From the NCBI GenBank assembly GCA_020721325.1, contig DYNA01000002.1:1-64000 (forward strand): a stretch of 64,000 bases of DNA, given 5' to 3'. Source of the DNA: Paludibacter propionicigenes. Its GTDB lineage: Bacteria > Bacteroidota > Bacteroidia > Bacteroidales > JAIFNL01. Below the pieces are notes generated by a model. That model did not search any database, was not told the origin of the DNA, and worked only from the letters and a program-made list of their open reading frames with translations. The position numbers and the translations under genes were made by a program. How positions within the stretch are numbered: position 1 is the first letter of the stretch; every line of letters begins with the position of its first letter. Shown one piece after another: positions 9,569 to 19,438 of this stretch.

Positions 9569-10073
9569 TCAATTAATTTTAGTTAAACTTTGATGGAAAT
9601 TTATTCTTTCCACCTTTTATTGCCCCTTTCGGGTAAAAGTAGTATTTCTAATGATGTTAAAATGTTGATTTTCAAAAAGTTTTAAAGGAAATAGATACTT
9701 GCTTAATTTCAAAAAACATCTGAATATCAACACATTAAAAATACTCTCGGTGCAAATGTATAACAATATTCGAGTGCAAAAAATTTAAAACTGTTAAAAA
9801 ACATTTTTTTAGTTTTAAAAAATTGTAAATAATAAAACTAAAGTCTTAATTTTTCAAAAAAATATTTCATAAACAATTGATTTTTATTTATTTACATAAA
9901 AAAAACTTTGTTTTAATGCTTTAAAAAAATGAGAATAAAATATCATTTTAAATGTTAAAAATTTATTTCTACACTTTTTTTACGTTTTATAAAAAAAATA
10001 GTTAGGAATTTTAATAATTGAAAACCAATTGATTAGCAGCTTAAGCCAAAAATAGTTAGGTAAAATATCAAAT

Positions 10074-11093
10074 TTAAAAATTCAAGTCTGAAAATTGTTT
10101 TTTCCTCAAAATCAGTGAATTGAACACAATACTTTGTTTAAATATTTCATTTACATTAGAAATTTTTTTCAGTTTTTTAGCCGTTTTTCGCTTTTTTATT
10201 AAATTAGGTAAAGCTTTGTAAAAATGCAAATGCGATTTAAAAACCACCCAAAACAATTTGTATTTTCCGTTCATTAGAAAAATCAGAGCAGAAATTCCGT
10301 CTAAAGTCATGCGAAAAAATAATATTGGAAAAAGTTTTGTTAATGGCAAATTTTTAAACAACATGTACAAATTATTTCTAAAATTCAAGTACAATTTAAA
10401 CGGACTCTCCGCGCTCAAAGTGCCGCCACCTACATGATATACAACCGATTGTGGAAAAACACGAATGGAATATCCGGCATTTTTTATTCGCCAACAAAGG
10501 TCAATTTCTTCCATGTGAGCAAAAAAATCGCCATCAAAACCACCCATTTCCCTAAAAACTTCTGCGCGAACTACAAAACATGCACCGGTTGCCCAAAAAA
10601 TTTCAATTTCACTATCGTATTGATTTTCATCTACTTCCAAATTTTCCAAAATCCGACCGCGACAAAACGGATAGCCCAAATAATCGATAAATCCGCCACA
10701 AGCTCCAGCATGTTCAAATTTCAATTTTTCGTGGAAAGAACGAATTTTGGGCATCGCGGCAGCTAAATTTGAGTCCGTTTCCATTTTTGAAATTATCGGT
10801 TTTAGCCAATTTTCCGTCAATTCTACATCAGAATTTAACAACACAAAATATTTATAATCTAAATTCTGCAACGCACGATTGTAACCTTCTGCAAAACCAA
10901 AGTTTTTTTCTAAAAAAATTAATTGAATTGAAGGATAATTTTTTTTCAAAAAATCTATTGAGTTATCACTCGAAGCGTTATCGGCTACAATTACGTCATA
11001 ATGCTCTGTTTTTGAGTATTTTACAACAAAGGGTAAAAAAATTTCTAAAAATTTTTCTCCATTCCAATTCAAAATTACAACGGCTGTTTGCAT
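10074..11093 (-). CDS. Family 2 glycosyltransferase
   Basis: VVILNWNGEKFLEIFLPFVVKYS...VIVADNASSDNS plus DxD-like motifs, the GT2 (GT-A fold) N-terminal signature. Confidence 0.8.
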   Translation of the reverse strand: MQTAVVILNWNGEKFLEIFLPFVVKYSKTEHYDVIVADNASSDNSIDFLKKNYPSIQLIFLEKNFGFAEGYNRALQNLDYKYFVLLNSDVELTENWLKPIISKMETDSNLAAAMPKIRSFHEKLKFEHAGACGGFIDYLGYPFCRGRILENLEVDENQYDSEIEIFWATGACFVVRAEVFREMGGFDGDFFAHMEEIDLCWRIKNAGYSIRVFPQSVVYHVGGGTLSAESPFKLYLNFRNNLYMLFKNLPLTKLFPILFFRMTLDGISALIFLMNGKYKLFWVVFKSHLHFYKALPNLIKKRKTAKKLKKISNVNEIFKQSIVFNSLILRKKQFSDLNF

Positions 11094-11119
11094 TCTTATT
11101 ATTTTTATTAAAAAAAGTA

Positions 11120-11148
11120 AACCTGCAAAAAAAAGTCTTTTGCAGGTT
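11120..11148 (-). terminator. Intrinsic terminator downstream of rny
   Basis: aacctgcaaaa-aaaagtc-ttttgcaggtt hairpin. On the minus strand it is followed by a T-run. Confidence 0.5.
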
Positions 11149-11177
11149 TAAAAATGAATATTTTTTTTCAAAAAAAG

Positions 11178-12740
11178 CTATTTTGCATAACTGATTGCAC
11201 GGGTTTCGCGGATAACGGTAATTTTTACTTGTCCGGGATAAGTCATGTCGGTTTGAATTTTTTTAGCTATATCAAAAGCCAATGCTTCGGCGTCTTTATC
11301 GCTAACTGTTTCACTACCAACAATAACGCGCAATTCTCTACCGGCTTGAATGGCATAAGTTTTTAAAACTCCTTCATACGAAAGTGCCAATTCTTCAAGG
11401 TCTTTCAAGCGTTTCATGTACGATTCGGCTATCTCGCGCCGCGCTCCCGGACGTGCGCCCGAAATGGCATCGCAAACCTGAATAATCGGCGAAATCATTG
11501 AAGTCATTTCTATTTCGTCGTGGTGCGCACCAATGGCGTTGCACACATCGGGTTTTTCTTTGTAACGCTCAGCCAATTTCATTCCCAAAATAGCGTGTGG
11601 CAATTCGGGTTGGTCGTCGGGAACTTTTCCAATGTCGTGAAGTAAACCGGCGCGTTTGGCAAGTTTTACATTCAATCCCAATTCGGCTGCCATTACCGAA
11701 CACAAATTTGCCACTTCGCGCGAGTGTTGCAACAAATTTTGACCATAAGAAGAGCGGTATTTCATCTTTCCAATCAAACGAATTAACTCAGGATGAAGAC
11801 CATGAATGCCCAAATCAATGGCTGTACGTTTTCCGGTTTCAATAATTTCTTCTTCGAGTTGTTTTTTGGTTTTATTCACCACTTCTTCAATTCGTGCAGG
11901 GTGAATGCGACCGTCAGTTACCAATTGATGAATTGCCAAGCGAGCTACTTCGCGGCGAACGGGGTCAAAGCCCGATAAAACAATGGCTTCGGGCGTATCA
12001 TCAACTATAATTTCGATGCCGGTTGCTGCCTCAATAGCGCGAATATTTCTACCTTCGCGACCAATAATTCGTCCTTTCACTTCGTCGCTTTCTATGTGGA
12101 AAACCGTAACGGCATTTTCGATGGCGGCTTCCGTTGCAATGCGCTGAATAGCCTGAAGGACAACACGTTTCGCTTCTTTATTGGCTGTCAATTTAGCTTC
12201 TTCCACTATATCGGAAATGTACGACATGGCATTGGTTTTGGCTTCATCTTTCATCGATTCAATGAGTTGTTGCTTAGCTTCTTCTGCCGAAAGTGCAGCT
12301 ATTTTTTCGAGCTGCTCAACTTGCTTTTTGTGCGATTTATCTAATTCCGCATTTTTCTTTTCAATCAATTCAAGCTGGCTGCCTATATTTTCGCGAATAA
12401 TATCAATATCTCTTTTTTTAATTTCTACCTCTTTTATTCTTTTTTGCAATTCATCTCTACGCTGATTAAAAGCCGTTTCGCGTTGTTTCAATTTATTGTC
12501 GGCTAATTGCAATTTATTGTTTTTATCGGCAATAAACTTTTCATGCTCTGTTTTTAATTGTAAAAATTTTTCCTTAGCTTTTAAAATTTTATCATTTTTT
12601 ATGGCTTCTGCCTTTAATTCTGCTTCGCTAATAATATTTTGAGCTTTTTCTTTTAACAGCTTTATTTTCAAGTAGTAACCTAAAAAACCTCCTCCTAAAA
12701 GAGCCAAAATTCCAATGGTTATATTAATAATAATTTCCAT
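11178..12740 (-). CDS. rny: Ribonuclease Y
   Basis: 520 aa with N-terminal TM, a long coiled coil, a KH domain ([26 protein letters not shown]) and an HD domain (HSREVANL...HDIGK). Confidence 0.9.
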   Translation of the reverse strand: MEIIINITIGILALLGGGFLGYYLKIKLLKEKAQNIISEAELKAEAIKNDKILKAKEKFLQLKTEHEKFIADKNNKLQLADNKLKQRETAFNQRRDELQKRIKEVEIKKRDIDIIRENIGSQLELIEKKNAELDKSHKKQVEQLEKIAALSAEEAKQQLIESMKDEAKTNAMSYISDIVEEAKLTANKEAKRVVLQAIQRIATEAAIENAVTVFHIESDEVKGRIIGREGRNIRAIEAATGIEIIVDDTPEAIVLSGFDPVRREVARLAIHQLVTDGRIHPARIEEVVNKTKKQLEEEIIETGKRTAIDLGIHGLHPELIRLIGKMKYRSSYGQNLLQHSREVANLCSVMAAELGLNVKLAKRAGLLHDIGKVPDDQPELPHAILGMKLAERYKEKPDVCNAIGAHHDEIEMTSMISPIIQVCDAISGARPGARREIAESYMKRLKDLEELALSYEGVLKTYAIQAGRELRVIVGSETVSDKDAEALAFDIAKKIQTDMTYPGQVKITVIRETRAISYAK

Positions 12741-12938
12741 ATAATTTGGTTTGTTTAACTTTATTAAAATTTATTAATTATTAATTATTAAGATGTTGAT
12801 TTCAAACATCAAAAGATGCTGAAAACGGCAAATAATTCTAAAAAAATTAGAATAAAATGATTTTTTTAAAGAAAAGTAAAATTACGAAAGACGAATTTTT
12901 TAGATGTACAAAGTAAATATTTAATACAAATCAAAAAT

Positions 12939-13126
12939 GCCCGCAGTTCTGAAAGGTTTTGAAAAACCCCGAATAAGCATTTTTAGAGCCGCCATCATAC
13001 TTCAAACGTCCAATGTCCTCATTAAGAGAAATCCCCGAAGGGTTAAGGCCTGTTCTACGCATTCCGAGCTATTCCCTAAATTATTAAGTGTTGAGTTTCC
13101 AAACATGAATTTAAGAAGCTGCGGGC
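12939..13126 (-). ncRNA. Candidate 6S-like structured RNA (188 nt; strand assignment tentative)
   Basis: The ends pair as gcccgcagttc (12939-12949) with gaagctgcgggc (13115-13126). The interior has imperfect helices and a small ccc-gaa-ggg hairpin. It lies between zapA and the next gene on the same strand, the position of ssrS in E. coli (zapA-ssrS-ygfA). The overlapping 121-aa + ORF is judged spurious. On the minus strand the 3' end is followed by AUUUUUGAUUU. Confidence 0.45.
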
Positions 13127-13195
13127 AAAACTTTTTATTAGTTAAAAAAGTATTTTTTCAAAAAAAATATTTTTTAATCAATAATGCTTTTTATT

Positions 13196-13495
13196 TTAAA
13201 GAACGATTTCTAAATATTCACCCAATTCTCTATCCAGATTTTCAAGATTACCCAAAAGCAATGAGGTATCTGCACTCATCTCTTTTTCAACCACTTTGGT
13301 AGCAAATTGCAAAGCTACCATAGCCAAAAAATCTTGGTCATCTTTATCTGTATATTTTTTTTTATACAAAATTATTTTGTCATTAATTTCTTTTGCTGCT
13401 TTTCTTATTTTCTCTTCATCGGTTTTATCTACTTTTAGCGGATAAAAGCGTTCAGCTATATTTACTTTTATTGATAATTTGTCTGAAGGCTCCAT
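13196..13495 (-). CDS. zapA: Cell division protein ZapA
   Basis: 99 aa; SIKVNIAERFYPLKVDKTDEEKIRKAAKEINDKI matches the ZapA fold consensus (v.i.g..y.l....eee.l..aa..vd). The zapA-rny neighbourhood is common in Bacteroidetes. Confidence 0.7.
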   Translation of the reverse strand: MEPSDKLSIKVNIAERFYPLKVDKTDEEKIRKAAKEINDKIILYKKKYTDKDDQDFLAMVALQFATKVVEKEMSADTSLLLGNLENLDRELGEYLEIVL

Positions 13496-13578
13496 ATACT
13501 TTTTTATCTATCTCTTGCTTTTTTTTATATCAAAATAAAACTAATATGTAGAGTAAAATTAAAAACCACAGTCAACGA

Positions 13579-13872
13579 TTACTTACTTGCCAATGCTATA
13601 CATTTATCAATTTCCCGCACCATTCTATTGATTTTTATCTTTGCATCGTGCGCTCCTCCTTCGCCGCCGGCAAAAGATTTTGCTAATTTCAGTAATTCGT
13701 ATTTTTTCAAAAGCTCTTTATATTCTTCTTCGCGTTCTATCAATTTTGTCAATAAATCTTCTTTTTCGCTAATGAGTTTATTATTAACGTCTTTCTCATT
13801 TTCGTACATCGAGATAATTTTTTTAATTTTCTCTCTTAGCGATTCAAATATTTTTTGCTGTTCTTGATTCAT
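13579..13872 (-). CDS. Hypothetical coiled-coil protein upstream of zapA
   Basis: 97 aa, heptad-rich (LISEKEDLLTKLIEREEEYKELLKKYELLKL). Possibly a ZapB-like partner. No specific motif. Confidence 0.5.
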   Translation of the reverse strand: MNQEQQKIFESLREKIKKIISMYENEKDVNNKLISEKEDLLTKLIEREEEYKELLKKYELLKLAKSFAGGEGGAHDAKIKINRMVREIDKCIALASK

Positions 13873-14274
13873 TTTTTTAGCATCGAATACTCTAATTTTT
13901 TTTCAAAATTGATTTTTTTTACTTTTACTTCAATAACAAAAATAAACTATTTTTTTTAATTTTAAAATTTTTTTTCAAAAAAACTGAAAAAAAATTCTTA
14001 TTTATCAGATTTACAAGTTCATAACACTTCCTTTTTTTTATAAAAAATATAAAATAATCTTGTTGAATCTGTTTTTCTATCCTTGAAAAATGATTTTTTT
14101 CCATTTTTTTTTATAAAAAAATAATAAAATTTTGTTCTTTTGACCTTTCGTTTTTACTTTTATAAATCTTTTTTTGTCAAAAAAAAAATCAAACACAATT
14201 TTAAGGAAAATTTTCTTTTAAATCCTTTACTTAAAACAAATTATATAAAATTCTTTTTAATAAAAAAAATAAAA

Positions 14275-15996
14275 ATGAGATTAAAAATAAATTTTACAAT
14301 GATATTACTAATTGGATTTATCTCTTTAAATGCTCAAATTCAATTTGTTACTGATTATTTTCGTTCTCCGATAGATTATAAATTGGTACTTTCCGGCAAT
14401 TTTGGTGAATTGCGCCCCAATCATTTTCATTCGGGTATCGATTTTAAAACCGATAATAAAATTGGCAAGAAACTTTTTGCAATTGCAGATGGTTACATTT
14501 CGCGTATCAATGTGTCGCCTTTTGGCTATGGTTTAGCCGTTTACATCAATCACCCAAACGGTTACACCAGTGTTTATGGGCATTTGTCCACTTTCAACGA
14601 TAAAATTGCTGAATTTATTAAAAATGAGCAATATAGCCAAAATAAATTTGCCATCACGCTCTATCCCCCACCCGATTTATTTCCGGTAAAAAAAGGTGAT
14701 TTGATTGGCATTTCGGGCAATACGGGACATTCTTACGGACCTCATTTGCATTTTGAAATTCGCCACACCGAAACCGAACACCCATTGAATACCTTACGCT
14801 TTGGTTTTGAGTATGTTGATAACACAAAACCGCGTTTTTTTCATCTTGTTGTGTATCCGCTAACACTTGAAAAACGATTTTTGCCTGAAGCGAAAAAAAT
14901 AATTTTTCCGGTAAAATTGCAAGGCGATAAATACATTTTGCAACAAAGCCAAATTATTAAAGTTGGAAAAAATACCGGATTTGGTGTGCGTGTTCACGAT
15001 TTTATGAACGCTTCCCCCGACCGACTCGCTGTTTATTCCTTAAAAATGTTTCTCGATAATGAACTGATTTATTGGCATCAAATTGATGAATTTGGGTTTG
15101 ATGAAACTCGTTTTATCAATAGCCATACCGATTTTGAATTGAAAAACTCAACCAACAAGTGGACACACAAATGCTTTGTTGAACCCAACAATCAACTGCG
15201 TATTTACCAGCATTTAGAAAACAATGGTATTGTAGAACTAACTGATTTTGAAATTCATAGCTTGAAGCTTGAAGCCACAGACGTAAAAGGAAATGTTTCT
15301 ATTTTGGAATCGAAAATTCAACGTTCAGATGCCATAAAACCTTTTAAAACAGAGCTTTCGGATAGAATTGTGATGCCTTTCGACAAAGAAAATAAAATTG
15401 AACAAAATCAAATATCGGTTTATTTTCCAAAAAATTCTTTTTACGATACACTTTTCTTTAAATTTGAACAAAAACCGAAATTAAAAAATTCTTATGCTCC
15501 TGTTTTTGTGCTTCACAATAAAAATGTTCCGGTGCATGAATATTTTTCGATTACAATAATACCCGAAAACTTACCTAATGAATTGCTAACGAAAGCGTTA
15601 ATCGTTAAAGTAAACGGCAATGGATATTTTTCGGCTCTCGAAAGCCACGTAAACTCAGAAGGTAATTTGAGTGCAAAGTCCGGAGAATTTGGTAGTTACA
15701 CAATTGCTGTTGATAATATTCCTCCTGCCATTGCCCCAATAAATATTTCGCAAAACAAAAACGTGAGTGGACAAGAAACTGTAGAATTTTCAGTAACCGA
15801 CAATTTGTCAGGAATAGCTAAATACAATGCTTATATTGATGAACAATGGGTTTTACTGGAATATAACTACATGAAAAAGAAGTTGATATACAAAATTGAT
15901 GCGGATAGATTAAAAGGAAATAAGCACAAAATGCAAGTAAAAGTAAGCGATGCAGTTGGGAATGAAACAATTTATAGCATTGATTTTATTCGTTAA
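14275..15996 (+). CDS. M23-family metallopeptidase (peptidoglycan endopeptidase) with large C-terminal beta domain
   Basis: Signal peptide (MRLKINFTMILLIGFISLNAQ) then HFHSGIDF...GNTGHSYGPHLHFEIR (HxxxD and HxH zinc motifs of LytM/M23). The six-frame ORF from 14140 includes upstream junk. Start preferred at 14275. Confidence 0.8.
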   Translation: MRLKINFTMILLIGFISLNAQIQFVTDYFRSPIDYKLVLSGNFGELRPNHFHSGIDFKTDNKIGKKLFAIADGYISRINVSPFGYGLAVYINHPNGYTSVYGHLSTFNDKIAEFIKNEQYSQNKFAITLYPPPDLFPVKKGDLIGISGNTGHSYGPHLHFEIRHTETEHPLNTLRFGFEYVDNTKPRFFHLVVYPLTLEKRFLPEAKKIIFPVKLQGDKYILQQSQIIKVGKNTGFGVRVHDFMNASPDRLAVYSLKMFLDNELIYWHQIDEFGFDETRFINSHTDFELKNSTNKWTHKCFVEPNNQLRIYQHLENNGIVELTDFEIHSLKLEATDVKGNVSILESKIQRSDAIKPFKTELSDRIVMPFDKENKIEQNQISVYFPKNSFYDTLFFKFEQKPKLKNSYAPVFVLHNKNVPVHEYFSITIIPENLPNELLTKALIVKVNGNGYFSALESHVNSEGNLSAKSGEFGSYTIAVDNIPPAIAPINISQNKNVSGQETVEFSVTDNLSGIAKYNAYIDEQWVLLEYNYMKKKLIYKIDADRLKGNKHKMQVKVSDAVGNETIYSIDFIR

Positions 15997-16007
15997 AAAA
16001 AAATGTA

Positions 16008-16069
16008 AAACATTGAATTTAAACAATTTGAATACAGTTAAACTGTTTCAAACGGTTTAAATTCATTGA
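16008..16069. terminator. Long inverted repeat between convergent M23 peptidase and groES genes
   Basis: cattgaatttaaac ... gtttaaattcattg (13/14 bp complementary) enclosing an inner acagtt-aa-actgt hairpin. Confidence 0.4.
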
Positions 16070-16084
16070 AAAAAATCAAATAAT

Positions 16085-16375
16085 TTAGATACTTTCTGTT
16101 TCAATTATTTTAGCTAAAAGATTTGAATAAGGAATAAACAAATACTTTTTACCTTCAAAATCGATTTCATTTCCCGAAAATTTTGCAAAAAGTACGGTAT
16201 CGCCTACTTTAATTTCTGCGTTTTCGATGTTTCCCAATGCTACAACTTTTGCATAATTGGGTTTTTCAGAAGCCGTTCCGGGAATGTAAATTCCACCGGC
16301 TGTTTTTTGTTCTTTTTGTTCTTCCAATGCCAAAAGAACATTTTGATTTAATGGTTGTAATTCTTTCATTTTCAA
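16085..16375 (-). CDS. groES: Co-chaperonin GroES (10 kDa chaperonin)
   Basis: 96 aa; mobile-loop region KTAGGIYIPGTASEKP and roof hairpin plus VGDTVLFAKFSGNEIDFEGKKYLFIPYSNLLAKI align with GroES throughout. No groEL follows it. Confidence 0.85.
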   Translation of the reverse strand: MKMKELQPLNQNVLLALEEQKEQKTAGGIYIPGTASEKPNYAKVVALGNIENAEIKVGDTVLFAKFSGNEIDFEGKKYLFIPYSNLLAKIIETESI

Positions 16376-16437
16376 TTGTTTTATGATGTTTTTATTTTTT
16401 TATACTATAAAAAACTGGGATAATTTATTAAAATATT

Positions 16438-17025
16438 TTATTCAATATCTAATAATTTATTAATTCTTTTTTTATCAAATCCCACTATCATTTCTCCATC
16501 AATTTCGGTTTGTGGAACACCTTGTTGTCCGCTTTTGCGCACCATTTCTTGAGCTGCGCGGTGGTCGCCCGAAACATCAACGTCTGAATAACGAATTTTT
16601 TTATCGTTCAAATAGTTTTTTAACGTTGTACACCATGAGCAAGTTGGTGTGGAATAGACTGTTACCTGTTTTTGGCGTTTTCCTTCTTCTCCTTGAATTT
16701 CGCTGGTAAAAAACGCATTTTTAAACAGTGATGAGTAGTAAGATTCATCGTTACAGCCTTTTACAATGTTTTTAAATTCACCATTTTCAAAAACCAAAAC
16801 CGATGGCGCACTGGTTACGTTGTAATTGGGGTGAATATCGCGAACGGTTGCCACGTCTGCAAGTAAAATGAGCGTATCTTCTTCTTTTTCAACTGCTTCC
16901 GTGATGCTTTTCAAGGCACATTCACTTACTTCCGAGCCGCTTTTGTACAATAATAAGAATGCTTTTGCATTGTCTTTTAGCACTTCTCTTAATTCTGCAT
17001 GCGAGTTTAATTGCTTGATTGCCAT
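16438..17025 (-). CDS. Thioredoxin-fold domain fused to C-terminal glutaredoxin-like (NrdH/YruB-type) domain
   Basis: C-terminal YSTPTCSWCTTLKNYL...GVPQTEIDGEMIVGFD is a glutaredoxin-like CxxC fold. The N-terminal 110 aa look like a thioredoxin fold without a canonical CxxC. Confidence 0.7.
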   Translation of the reverse strand: MAIKQLNSHAELREVLKDNAKAFLLLYKSGSEVSECALKSITEAVEKEEDTLILLADVATVRDIHPNYNVTSAPSVLVFENGEFKNIVKGCNDESYYSSLFKNAFFTSEIQGEEGKRQKQVTVYSTPTCSWCTTLKNYLNDKKIRYSDVDVSGDHRAAQEMVRKSGQQGVPQTEIDGEMIVGFDKKRINKLLDIE

Positions 17026-17374
17026 TGTTTTATGCTATTTTGTTAATTTTCTATATTCCTTTTTTTACTCTTTTGATTTACAATAATTTTACCAAACTTA
17101 TTTTTTTTACTTTTTTATAAAAAAAACTGACAAAATTGCAGGTTCTTTTCGTTTTTTTATAAAAAAAGTTTTATTTTGAAAAAAAATAAATTAAATCCAT
17201 ATTCATTCACAAATCCATTCGTAAAAAAATTGATTTGTAAATCGAAAACCAGTATTTTAGCAGAAAACTTTTAAAAATTAAGCACCAATTGTATTCGTGG
17301 TGTTATCTGTGTTCGTTGTGGATTTTTTTTTAAGTACCTCTTAATTTATTTACTAAAACTTGTAAAAAAAAAAT

Positions 17375-18091
17375 TTAAGGTATAAAAAAATTAGAAATAT
17401 AACTTTGAAATTTATCTTTGTATTGTTCGCCAATGGGAATGTGTTTGTTGGTAGAAATTAAAACCGATTGCTTTTCGATGCTCACAATTTTGTTCAAATT
17501 TATGATGTACGAACGGTGAATGCGCATGAAATCTTTAATCGGCAAAATACTTTCCAGCGATTTAAAAGTCATAAGCGACATAATTTTTTGTTGCCCCATG
17601 TGTATTCGCACATATTCGCGCATTCCCTCGATGTAAAAAATTTCTTCAAACCTTATTTTCAGCAACTTATGTTCTGTTTTCACAAATAAAAAATCTAATG
17701 GCGTATTTTGAGTTTGCAATTCAATTTTTTGAATAGAATTGTGCCAAATTAGAGCTTTGTTGGCAGCTTTTAAAAAATCGTTGTAGGCAATGGGCTTCAA
17801 TAAATAATCAATGGCGTTGAGCAAAAATCCATCGATTGCATATTGACTATAAGCCGTTGTAAAAATAACAAAAGGCTTGTTTACCAACGACTTAACAAAA
17901 TCGACACCTTGCAAATCGGGCATATTGATATCTACAAACATCAAATCTATTGTACTAATATTCAATACGTTTAAAGCCTCTAAAGCACTTTCGCAGGCAG
18001 CTACTAAATTCAAAAAAGGTGTTTTTTGAATGTAATTCACCATCTGTTTCAAAGCCAAAGGTTCATCGTCTATCGTTATGCAATTTATCAC
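17375..18091 (-). CDS. LytTR-family two-component response regulator
   Basis: Receiver domain (ITIDDEPLAL...DLMFVDINMPDLQG) and C-terminal LytTR DNA-binding domain (FFVKTEHKLLKIRFEEIFYIEGMREYVRIH). Confidence 0.85.
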   Translation of the reverse strand: MINCITIDDEPLALKQMVNYIQKTPFLNLVAACESALEALNVLNISTIDLMFVDINMPDLQGVDFVKSLVNKPFVIFTTAYSQYAIDGFLLNAIDYLLKPIAYNDFLKAANKALIWHNSIQKIELQTQNTPLDFLFVKTEHKLLKIRFEEIFYIEGMREYVRIHMGQQKIMSLMTFKSLESILPIKDFMRIHRSYIINLNKIVSIEKQSVLISTNKHIPIGEQYKDKFQSYISNFFIP

Positions 18092-18189
18092 GGTTTTATT
18101 CTTTTTTTTACGGAATTAATTTTTAAAATTATCAACAAATTGGGGCTTGAAATATATTTTTTTTTAACAAACAAAAATACAATTTTTTT

Positions 18190-19293
18190 CTATAGAATAA
18201 AAATTAATTTTAATTTAAACTTTGCATCATCGCTCGAAATATCTAATTTATAATTTTTTCCGAAAATTAAATTCAATCTTTTTTTCGTATTTTCAATTCC
18301 AATTCCGGCGTGTTGCTGTTTGTTGTTTTTTTCTATTATGCTGTTTTCTATGTAAAATTCAAATTCTTTTTCGCTTATTTTCAATTCAATATGTATAAAC
18401 GAAATTTGTTTGTAGCTAATTCCGTGCTTAAAAGCATTTTCAACAAATGAAATTAATAATAAAGGAGGTATTTTTTTATTCGGAATTTCGCCTTCTATGG
18501 CGAAAGAAATTTTAACTTTTTCGGAAAATCTCAATTTCATTAAATTTACAAAACTCTCAAGAAATTCAATTTCTTTGGGAATGGGAACAGTAACTTCATT
18601 GGATTCGTATAACAAGTAACGCATTAATTTTGAAAGAGTTACAATTACTTGTTTTGCTTCTTCGGTGTTTATGTCTATCAAAGAATGAATGTTGTTGAGC
18701 GTGTTCATAAAAAAATGCGGACTTATTTGGTATTTTAAAAAAGCCAATTGATTGTTGATGCTCTCTTTTTCCAAAAAAGCTTTTTCGTTTTCAAAATCAG
18801 ACCATTTGATTATCATTCGCAAACCCAAATCGAAACCAATGATTAACAGACCAATAGCTGCATTTATGAATATTAGAAAATAAAAATTAGGGTGCGGCGG
18901 TTTTTTATCGGGTTTATGAAATTGGGGCTTGTGAAGGTGTGAACTATCTATATTTGAATGAGTTATAGGTTTTCTATCGAAATGGTCTTCTTTTTTATCG
19001 AATTTTTTTTCATAAATATAATGTCCAAATCCTATTATGCTTAGCGCAAAAATATTGATTAAAATAAATGAAAAGATTTTCTTTTTAAATAAAAAAAATG
19101 GAATAAAAAAGTAATGGTGTATTAAAAATAAAATAAAAAACGGAATTAATATTCTATACGTTCGATAAATTTCTTGCCAATTTAATGTGTTTTCTTTGTA
19201 AAAAATAATTATTGGTACAATTAAAATGACCAACCAAATAAAAAATACTATCAAATTTTCAATTTTAACCGATGTTTTTTTTATTTTTTGCAT
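18190..19293 (-). CDS. Sensor histidine kinase, LytS/YehU-type (His_kinase internal-region family)
   Basis: N-terminal TM bundle, then QISPHFFMNTLNNIHSLI (the conserved phospho-His region of the LytS family) and an HATPase region (GIGIENTKKRL). Contains a His/Pro/Lys-rich low-complexity insert (HFDRKPITHSNIDSSHLHKPQFHKPDKKPPHP). Confidence 0.8.
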   Translation of the reverse strand: MQKIKKTSVKIENLIVFFIWLVILIVPIIIFYKENTLNWQEIYRTYRILIPFFILFLIHHYFFIPFFLFKKKIFSFILINIFALSIIGFGHYIYEKKFDKKEDHFDRKPITHSNIDSSHLHKPQFHKPDKKPPHPNFYFLIFINAAIGLLIIGFDLGLRMIIKWSDFENEKAFLEKESINNQLAFLKYQISPHFFMNTLNNIHSLIDINTEEAKQVIVTLSKLMRYLLYESNEVTVPIPKEIEFLESFVNLMKLRFSEKVKISFAIEGEIPNKKIPPLLLISFVENAFKHGISYKQISFIHIELKISEKEFEFYIENSIIEKNNKQQHAGIGIENTKKRLNLIFGKNYKLDISSDDAKFKLKLIFIL

Positions 19294-19376
19294 TTTTTAT
19301 TTTTTATATTTTTTTGAAAAAAAATTGAAAAAAACGATACAAAAGTATATTTTTTTTGAAAAAAAAATTGTAAAAA

Positions 19377-19406
19377 GGCAAACCCCAAAAAAAAGCGAGG
19401 TTTGCC
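19377..19406 (-). terminator. Intrinsic terminator after the beta-helix protein gene
   Basis: ggcaaacccc ... gaggtttgcc inverted repeat. On the minus strand it is followed by a T-rich run. Confidence 0.5.
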
Positions 19407-19438
19407 AACTTAGAAAAAAAACGAGACTAAAAGGTATT

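Noticed and set aside
10434-11194. 110-aa and 141-aa + strand ORFs overlapping the GT2 glycosyltransferase gene
   Set aside because: Antisense to a well-supported GT2 CDS, with no motifs. AT-rich antisense frames often stay open.
12937-13302. 121-aa + strand ORF spanning the rny-zapA intergenic region
   Set aside because: It runs antisense into zapA, has no recognisable motif, and coincides with an interval whose ends form a long closing helix. Better explained as a structured RNA locus.
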